DNA from: Chloroflexia bacterium
GTDB lineage: Bacteria; Chloroflexota; Chloroflexia; Thermomicrobiales; UBA6265
Length of the DNA: 29,449 bases
Reading direction: 5' to 3'
NCBI GenBank assembly: GCA_013698495.1
Contig: JACCUV010000164.1
Location: forward strand, 1 to 29,449
Positions within the stretch are counted from its first letter, which is position 1. Each line of letters begins with the position of its first letter. Position numbers and translations under genes: made by a program. Positions 1 through 6,727 of this stretch are shown in pieces. The notes beneath the pieces were generated by a model, which had not been told where the DNA came from, made no database searches, and worked only from the letters and a program-made list of their open reading frames with translations.

Positions 1-33
1 ATCGTCGCCGACGCGATCGAACCAGCGCCGTAG
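1..33 (+). CDS. Possible 3' end of an upstream gene (IVADAIEPAP*), truncated by the window
   Basis: Frame 1 is open from base 1 to TAG at 31-33 with GC-rich third positions, and a strong hairpin follows. Too short to identify. Confidence 0.3.
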   Translation: MVADAIEPAP

Positions 34-49
34 ACCTGACTTCATCGCC

Positions 50-87
50 CAACGCGCCGGCTCGATCGTCATTCGAGCGGCGCGTTG
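50..87 (+). terminator. GC-rich hairpin, candidate intrinsic terminator of the upstream gene
   Basis: CAACGCGCC(g)GCTCGA-tcgtcat-TCGAGC-GGCGCGTTG forms a 15-bp stem with a 1-nt bulge. No U-tract follows. Confidence 0.45.
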
Positions 88-194
88 TCGATTGCGTTGC
101 GACACCGTCAGGTCCGCGCGAGCCTACCGCCTCGACATCCCACCCACATTTCGAATTGACGATTGAGCAGACAGGCAGGCAAGACAGGATACGC

Positions 195-1763
195 ATGACA
201 TTTCCACGCGAAAGCGGTGTGCTGCTGCACCCAACCTCACTTCCCGGGCCGCACGGAATAGGAGACTTTGGCGAGAACGCCTTCCGGTTTGTCGACTGGC
301 TCGCGAGCGCTGGCCAAACGCTTTGGCAGATCATGCCGTTGGGGCCGACGGGGTACGGAGATTCACCGTACTCGTCGCCATCGGCATTTGCCGGCAACCC
401 CCTGTTGGTGTCCATGGCCCGGCTGCACGGCGATGGCTTGTTGAATGATCAAGACTTTGCGGATTGTCCAGAGTTTTCTGGAGATCGCGTCGATTTTGGA
501 GTGGTCGGATCGTTCAAGGATCGACTGTTGAGGAAGGCATTCGACCGATTCGAATCTGGAGCGGATGACTCGCTCACTTCCGGGATCGAGAGATTTTGCG
601 AAGACGAATCCTGGTGGCTGGACGACTTTGCCTTGTTCACGGCGGTCAAGCATGAGAACGAGATGGGCGGCTGGCAGGACTGGGACGAGGCGCTTCGAAC
701 GCGACAATCCGATGCGATCGAACAGGCCGTCGCCGATCATGCCGCCGAGATTCGCTTCACCAGATTCGTGCAGTTCCTGTTTCAGCGGCAGTGGCTTGAG
801 CTGCGGGCATACGCCAATGTGCGTGGCATCCGAATCGTTGGCGACATCCCGATTTTTGTGGCCGAAGACAGCGCCGATGTGTGGGCCAACCAGGCGCAGT
901 TTAAAATCGATGCTGAAGGGCGGGCATCGGCGGTTGCTGGCGTGCCGCCGGATCCGTTTTCCGCCACTGGCCAGATATGGGGCAACCCGCTGTACGACTG
1001 GCGGACGATGCGCGACGACGACTTTCAGTGGTGGAGGCATCGCCTCGGCCGCACCTTCCAGCTCGTCGACATCGTGCGTATCGACCACTTCCGGGCATTC
1101 GCCGCGGCCTGGGTTATTCCGGCCGGCGCGGAAACCGCCGCCGTGGGGCATTGGGAGCGCACCCCAGGCGGAGAGGTGTTTGCTGCTATCCGGCGAGACT
1201 TCGGCGACGTGCCGGTCATTGTCGAAGACCTTGGCGTCATCACCCCGGACGTGATCGCGCTACGCGAAATCCTCGGATTTCCCGGCATGAACGTGCTGCA
1301 ATTTGCGTTCGAGAACGATCCCGACAACGTGTATTTGCCACACAACTATCGCGATAACTCGGTTGTCTATACCGCAACCCACGACAATCAAACCACGGTC
1401 GGGTGGTTCGCTTCACGGTCGGTGAGTGAGCGCCATGCGATTCAGGGCTACCTGGGGCGTGACGGGTCGGATATCGCCTGGGACCTGATCCGGCTAGCGC
1501 TATCCAGCACGGCCAATACGGCGATCATCCCGATGCAGGATATCCTGCGGCTCGGCGATGATGCGCGAATCAACACTCCGGGACAGGCCCTCGGCAACTG
1601 GTCGTGGCGCTGTCGGGAGGACCAATTAGCCCCGGAGCTCGCGGAAGGACTTCGCGAACTGACCTGGACGTACGGTCGGTTGGCCCGGGGTGGCGAAGAG
1701 CGTGGCGCCAATCCCTGGGACTACACTGTACCCGGCGCCGAACACCCGGCGCACCAACCCTGA
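195..1763 (+). CDS. malQ: 4-alpha-glucanotransferase (amylomaltase, GH77)
   Basis: Motifs GVLLHPTSLP, SPYSSPSAFAGNP, GVPPD-F--TGQ-WGNP, RIDHFR (nucleophile D), IVEDLG (acid/base E), THDN, and terminal INTPG---GNWSW. ATG 195 is preferred over TTG 156 because AGGA lies just upstream. Confidence 0.96.
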   Translation: MTFPRESGVLLHPTSLPGPHGIGDFGENAFRFVDWLASAGQTLWQIMPLGPTGYGDSPYSSPSAFAGNPLLVSMARLHGDGLLNDQDFADCPEFSGDRVDFGVVGSFKDRLLRKAFDRFESGADDSLTSGIERFCEDESWWLDDFALFTAVKHENEMGGWQDWDEALRTRQSDAIEQAVADHAAEIRFTRFVQFLFQRQWLELRAYANVRGIRIVGDIPIFVAEDSADVWANQAQFKIDAEGRASAVAGVPPDPFSATGQIWGNPLYDWRTMRDDDFQWWRHRLGRTFQLVDIVRIDHFRAFAAAWVIPAGAETAAVGHWERTPGGEVFAAIRRDFGDVPVIVEDLGVITPDVIALREILGFPGMNVLQFAFENDPDNVYLPHNYRDNSVVYTATHDNQTTVGWFASRSVSERHAIQGYLGRDGSDIAWDLIRLALSSTANTAIIPMQDILRLGDDARINTPGQALGNWSWRCREDQLAPELAEGLRELTWTYGRLARGGEERGANPWDYTVPGAEHPAHQP

Positions 1764-1839
1764 CGACTCCAGTCGCTCCTTTGACATATTTTCTGTCCGT
1801 ACAACACCCCGTTCACTCGTTGATTTGGAGAACCTTTTC

Positions 1840-3555
1840 ATGTCCAATGCCGCAGGTGCGTTTACATTCGTCCTTCACAGTCATTTGCCGTACGCTCGCC
1901 AGGCCGGAATGTGGCCGCACGGAGAGGAATGGTTGCACGAGGCGATCGCGGAAACCTATGTGCCCTTGCTCATCGCGCTCTACGATCTCATCGAGGAAGG
2001 AATCCAGTTCAGGATCACGGTCAGCGTCACGCCGATTCTCACCGAGCAGCTCGCCGATCCCCTGATCAAGGAGCACTTCCTCACCTACGCGGAGGAGCGC
2101 GCCGCCTGGGCCGCCGCCGACATTAGCCGGTTCGATGACGCCAACGACCCGGAGATGAAGCAACTGGCGATCCACTTTCACCATTGGTATTCGCGGATGC
2201 TGTCGTCGTTCCGGGATCGGTTCCAATCGGATATCATCGGCGCGCTCCGTAGACTCCAGAACGACGGCTACGTCGATATTTCCACCAGCGCGGCAACCCA
2301 CGGATACTTGCCGTTGCTTGGCCGCGACTCCTCGATTCACGCGCAATTGGAAACAGGTCTCACGGCGTATGAGACGCACTTCGGGCAACGTCCCCGCGCA
2401 ATCTGGCTGCCGGAGTGCGCATACCGGCCCGCATACTGGGAGGATGCCGACGACGGCGACGTGCTTCGTCCAGGCATCGAGTCGTTTCTGGCGGCTCAAG
2501 GCATTCAGGTGTTCTTCACCGAGACACATTCGGTCGAGGGCGGGAATCCAGTTGGCAAGGCAGCGGGTGAAGCCATTGGACCATACGGCGAAATCGCCCG
2601 CCGCTACACGATCGAATTGACTCCCTCCGAGCAGGTAGAGCCGGGCACGACCTACCGGGCCTACTGGGTTGGCGACGCAGCCGGTCAAGTCGCCGTGCTC
2701 GGTCGCAACAGCCACAGCAGCCAACAGGTGTGGTCCGGCGATTTCGGGTATCCAGGCGATGCATCGTACCGGGAGTTTCACCGCAAGGACGGCGTTTCCG
2801 GCATGCAGTACTGGCGAATCGGCGGACCGGGACTCGATCTTGGGAGCAAGCCGACGTACGACCCGAGGCGAGCCCAGGAGCGTGTAGTGGGACACGCACA
2901 ACACTTCGTCGGTTTGGTCGAGGAGCTCCTCGTCGGCTACAAGGCCGAGCACGATGAGTACGGTGTGATCGCCTCCAATTACGATACCGAGTTGTTTGGA
3001 CATTGGTGGTTCGAAGGCGTCGATTGGCTCAAGGAAGTGCTGCGCGGACTCGCCACGTCGGACAAGGTCGATCTGACCTCGGCATCGGCATTCATCGAAG
3101 ATCACCCACCGACCAAGGTCATGGCCCTTCCCGAATCGAGCTGGGGTTCGGGCGGCAACCACTTCACCTGGCAAAATAAGGATACGGAGTGGATGTGGCC
3201 GAGCATCCATGCCGCAGAGCTGAGGATGGAGGCACTCGTCGCCAGATTCTCGAATGCCTCCGGTCCCCAGGCAGATATCCTCAATCAGGCCGCCCGTGAG
3301 CTGCTGTTGCTGCAGAGCAGCGACTGGCCGTTCCTGGTGACGACGGGTCAGGCGAAAGAGTACGCCTCTCAACGATTCACGGAGCACGTCGATCGTTTCG
3401 AGAGTCTGGCGACCATCGCCGAGCGCGGAGACGAACTCACTGGCGACGAGTCGGAAATGCTTGCCGCCCTCGCCGAACGCGACAATCCATTCCCCGCCAT
3501 CGACTACCGTTCATTCGCCGAGCGGCAGGGGCACGCCGAACGTGTGGTCAGGTAG
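1840..3555 (+). CDS. GH57 1,4-alpha-glucan branching enzyme (DUF1957-containing type)
   Basis: Motifs FVLHSHLPY, GEEWL-EA--ETY, TSAATHGYLP, WLPEC (nucleophile E), YDTELFGHWWFEG (acid/base D), ARELLLLQSSDWPF. ATG 1840 has GGAG at 1827-1830. Confidence 0.92.
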   Translation: MSNAAGAFTFVLHSHLPYARQAGMWPHGEEWLHEAIAETYVPLLIALYDLIEEGIQFRITVSVTPILTEQLADPLIKEHFLTYAEERAAWAAADISRFDDANDPEMKQLAIHFHHWYSRMLSSFRDRFQSDIIGALRRLQNDGYVDISTSAATHGYLPLLGRDSSIHAQLETGLTAYETHFGQRPRAIWLPECAYRPAYWEDADDGDVLRPGIESFLAAQGIQVFFTETHSVEGGNPVGKAAGEAIGPYGEIARRYTIELTPSEQVEPGTTYRAYWVGDAAGQVAVLGRNSHSSQQVWSGDFGYPGDASYREFHRKDGVSGMQYWRIGGPGLDLGSKPTYDPRRAQERVVGHAQHFVGLVEELLVGYKAEHDEYGVIASNYDTELFGHWWFEGVDWLKEVLRGLATSDKVDLTSASAFIEDHPPTKVMALPESSWGSGGNHFTWQNKDTEWMWPSIHAAELRMEALVARFSNASGPQADILNQAARELLLLQSSDWPFLVTTGQAKEYASQRFTEHVDRFESLATIAERGDELTGDESEMLAALAERDNPFPAIDYRSFAERQGHAERVVR

Positions 3556-3570
3556 CACTCGCTCGGGCGC

Positions 3571-5376
3571 CTACTCGGGCGTTCGCCCTTGAACCACGAC
3601 ATCGGCATCGAATCGCACCGGAATGCGGCCCGACCACGGTCCCTGGCGCGTGCCAATGAGCCACGGCTTCTGGACGTAGCGCTGCACCCAGTGACCGAGC
3701 GGAACGTAGACGGCATTGTCGATGAGAAGTTCTTCGGCTTGCCTGAAGGCATCGTTGCGGGCGCCGGAATCGGTCGCGCTGTTGGCGGCGGCGATCGCTT
3801 CGTCGAACTCCGCCGAAGCATCGCCTGGCGATTGCTCGTCATTGGCTTCGAGGGCAGGCGACCAATTGAACCACCCTTGCATGAATGGCGATTCCGAATG
3901 CCCAATCGTCTGCAGAAGTGCGGGAGTATCGGTGACCGTCCACCACCAGACGATGTCGAATTGACGACCGCCATTGTCGCGCTGGAGCGCCACGATCTGG
4001 TCCTGCGTGAGGGTTGTGTCGTGTCGGATTGTGAGTCCGGCGTGTTCCTCGATCATGGCCAACAGCGCCGCGTGTTTGTCGAACAGGTCGGGGCTGTCGG
4101 AGGCGGGCTGATAGTAGACGATGTCCGGACTGCTTTCTTCAAGGTCGATGTCAGCCTCTTCGAGCAGCCCCGAGGCGTTTTCTGGATTGAATTCAACCGG
4201 GGCCATAGGCTCGTAGCCTGAGGTGATCTGCACTACTGGCGGAACCAGACTGGATGCGGGGACGAATTCGCCGCCCCAGATTTCGTTGGCCCAGGACTCA
4301 TGATCGATCGCCGCCGCCACGGCCCGCCGTACCCGAACGTCGTCGAATGGACTCTGGTTGAAGTCCATTCCGATCGCCATTGTCGAGGACTGCGACTCGA
4401 TCTCGATCAGTTCCGTGGCGATCGCCTCGTTCGACGTCACCGTTTCCAACAGCGATGCGGGGACATCGGCGGAGACCACCTTGTCGCTGGTGTAGAGGTC
4501 GATGGCGTCCGCGTCCGCTTCCGGACCTTCAAGCATCAGCCACACAATCCGCGAGATCGAGGGCGATGCGAGAGCCGCGGAGTTGGGGTTCGGCCCCATT
4601 GCGATCCGGTCGCCGTCTATGAACTCCGTGAACTGCCAGAGTCCAGCGGAGGCGCCAGCCAGCATCGGGTCGTCAACGTCGGGATCGTCGACAACCGAGA
4701 GATCGACAACCGCCCAGACGAACGTCGCTAGCGAAGCTGGAAACGATGAAAAAGCTTCAGCAAGCGTAATTTCGATCGTGAGGTCGTCGAGCGCGGCAAA
4801 TCCGATGTCGCTGCTGTCTCCCGCGATGTACGCGTCGTATCCCTGCACGTCGCTCATGAACGATGCCATGGGCGCCGGCGCCGCGGGGTGCAGCGCGCGC
4901 AGCCAACTGTCAACGAACGACTGGGCGGTGATCGGATTCCCCGATGCAAAGCGTAGGTCAGGCTGGAGCTGCACGGTCCACACATCGGCGGTTTCGTTCG
5001 GCGCAATCGATTCGGCGAGATCATTGACCACCGCGCCGTTTTCGTCGAACGCGAGCAAACCCGCCCATACGTGCGGCATCAGCACCCAAAACGGCCCCCA
5101 GTTGAGGGCACGATGCGGATCGAGCGACACGATTTGACCGAATGGATTGAACGGAATCGTCAATTCGACGTCCGTTTCGATCTCATCCTGGGCGTATGCC
5201 CGTGTTGACGGACCACGTGCGACGTTTGTGGCTGCGCCCGCGACACCCGCCAGCAAAGCCGCGACGCGCACCAGGTCGCGACGCGAGTGCTGGGGCATAC
5301 TGGCCGACGCATTCGCGGCAAGTCGCTCGAATGGCGATCGGTCCGCATTCGCCGCGATCGATTGAAGTGAGGTCAT
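3571..5376 (-). CDS. ABC transporter substrate-binding protein, family 5 (peptide/nickel type), Tat-type signal
   Basis: Motifs SLDP, GLL-FDENG----DLAES, WTVQL-PDLRF-SG-PITA, PFDDVRVRRAVAAAID, AEELL--NAVYVPL. N-terminal SRRDLV, a hydrophobic stretch and an AYA cleavage site. SD AAGGAG at 5382-5387. Confidence 0.85.
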   Translation of the reverse strand: MTSLQSIAANADRSPFERLAANASASMPQHSRRDLVRVAALLAGVAGAATNVARGPSTRAYAQDEIETDVELTIPFNPFGQIVSLDPHRALNWGPFWVLMPHVWAGLLAFDENGAVVNDLAESIAPNETADVWTVQLQPDLRFASGNPITAQSFVDSWLRALHPAAPAPMASFMSDVQGYDAYIAGDSSDIGFAALDDLTIEITLAEAFSSFPASLATFVWAVVDLSVVDDPDVDDPMLAGASAGLWQFTEFIDGDRIAMGPNPNSAALASPSISRIVWLMLEGPEADADAIDLYTSDKVVSADVPASLLETVTSNEAIATELIEIESQSSTMAIGMDFNQSPFDDVRVRRAVAAAIDHESWANEIWGGEFVPASSLVPPVVQITSGYEPMAPVEFNPENASGLLEEADIDLEESSPDIVYYQPASDSPDLFDKHAALLAMIEEHAGLTIRHDTTLTQDQIVALQRDNGGRQFDIVWWWTVTDTPALLQTIGHSESPFMQGWFNWSPALEANDEQSPGDASAEFDEAIAAANSATDSGARNDAFRQAEELLIDNAVYVPLGHWVQRYVQKPWLIGTRQGPWSGRIPVRFDADVVVQGRTPE

Positions 5377-5497
5377 CTTCGCTCCTTGTCAGGCGGGCCG
5401 TCTCATGCGGCAATGGAACCTGGGCGACGGAGTTTCGGTACCGGATCCTGTCGCGCCGGCACAAGGGCGCCGCATCGCGTTGCCTATCTGTCCTCCA

Positions 5498-5523
5498 TAA
5501 CGAAGCTGTCGGCCGCTTCGTTA
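5498..5523 (-). terminator. Hairpin 10 nt after the M42 stop, candidate terminator
   Basis: TAACGAAGC-N8-GCTTCGTTA is a perfect 9-bp stem. No long U-tract. Confidence 0.5.
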
Positions 5524-5533
5524 CTCGGGTTCG

Positions 5534-6601
5534 CTATGCCCGAACCGGAACGCTGTATCCGTACGAGCGGCTTCCCGCCGCATTAAGAAATGCCGCCAGC
5601 AGGTCGATGCTGGCCTGGATGTCATCGACGTGCGCCATTTCGTTCACCGTGTGCACGTACCGGGTCGGAATCGAAATTGTGGCTGTAGCGACACCACCTC
5701 GGCTCGTCTGAAAGGCGCCGGCGTCGGTGCCGCCAAATGGCAGGATCTCGAATTGATGCGGGATGTTGTGTTCTTCAGCCAGTTCGCGCAGGTGTTCAAC
5801 AATTTTGGGATTGGCGATCTGGCTGCTGTCGAGAATCTTGATCGCCGCCCCGGCTCCCAGTTTGGTGACATGGGCATCGGGCGTGCCGCCCGGGATGTCG
5901 GCGGCGATTGTCACGTCCAGTGCGATCGCGATCTCCGCTTCGACCGAGTAGGCAGAGGCATGGGCGCCACGGAGACCGATTTCTTCCTGGGTGGTGGCGA
6001 TCGCGAAGATTTCGGCGCTGCTTGCCGTTGCCTTGCGCACGGCCTCAATCATGACGTACACACCAAGCCGATCGTCGAGCGCCTTGCTGACGACGGTATC
6101 GCCGATCTCCGCGAGGTTCCGGTCGAGCGTCACCATGTCGCCGATTTGGATGTGCTCCTTCACCCGTTCCACGGGCAGACCCAGATCGATGAACAGGTCC
6201 TCAAGCTTCAACTCCTTGGACTCCCCAGGTGTTTGCAAATGAATCGGCTTGGCGGCGGGTTGGAGCACTCCCGGAAGTGAATCGCCACTCCGTGAATGGA
6301 CCTGGACACGTTGGGCGACCAACACCCGTGGATCGAAGCCACCAACCTTTTGGACCCGGAGGAATCCATTGTCATCGACGTGGCGAACGAAGAATCCGAT
6401 TTCATCGACGTGCGCCGCAATCGCGATTCGCGGTCCACCCGAACCCTTCCGATACCCGATCAGGTTGCCAAGCGTATCGACCGTCAGGCTATCGACGATC
6501 GGTTCCAGGAATGTCGCCACGACATCGCGGACCTTGTCCTCGCGGGAAGCGATCCCGGGAGTTTGGGTGAGCGTGCGAAGCATGTTCAGGTCGATTGACA
6601 T
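5534..6601 (-). CDS. M42 family metallo-aminopeptidase (TET/FrvX-like)
   Basis: Complete metal-ligand and catalytic set: AAHVDEIG, KALDDR, TQEEIGLRGA, IALDVT, GGTDAG, IPTRYVHT. ATG 6601 has GGGGA upstream. Confidence 0.92.
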   Translation of the reverse strand: MSIDLNMLRTLTQTPGIASREDKVRDVVATFLEPIVDSLTVDTLGNLIGYRKGSGGPRIAIAAHVDEIGFFVRHVDDNGFLRVQKVGGFDPRVLVAQRVQVHSRSGDSLPGVLQPAAKPIHLQTPGESKELKLEDLFIDLGLPVERVKEHIQIGDMVTLDRNLAEIGDTVVSKALDDRLGVYVMIEAVRKATASSAEIFAIATTQEEIGLRGAHASAYSVEAEIAIALDVTIAADIPGGTPDAHVTKLGAGAAIKILDSSQIANPKIVEHLRELAEEHNIPHQFEILPFGGTDAGAFQTSRGGVATATISIPTRYVHTVNEMAHVDDIQASIDLLAAFLNAAGSRSYGYSVPVRA

Positions 6602-6661
6602 CGGGTCCCCTTGATTACTGCCGAGTGCTTTCCAACCAGCACGCATTGTATCCGGATAGCC

Positions 6662-6713
6662 ATGATTCAAGGAAAAGGGCGCTCAAGTCGAGCACCCGTT
6701 TCCCTTGAATCAT
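6662..6713. terminator. Long inverted repeat (about 23-bp stem), probable terminator of the DUF3352-like gene
   Basis: ATGATTCAAGGAAAA-GGGCGCTC-aagtc-GAGCACCC-g-TTTCCCTTGAATCAT. On the minus strand the inner GC stem is followed by TTTT. Confidence 0.65.
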
Positions 6714-6727
6714 TGCGGTGTCGCCAG

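Noticed and set aside
363-1151. 262-aa minus-strand ORF opposite malQ, and similar shadows opposite DUF3352 (6611-7567) and glgX (18574-19509)
   Set aside because: They overlap well-supported genes on the other strand and have no SD or family motifs.
1813-3387. 524-aa minus-strand ORF
   Set aside because: Antisense shadow of the GH57 gene. No motifs, and expected from GC3 bias.
3553-3580. TAGCACTC resembling a CIRCE half-site
   Set aside because: No second arm at N9. It lies between convergent stop codons, not in a promoter.
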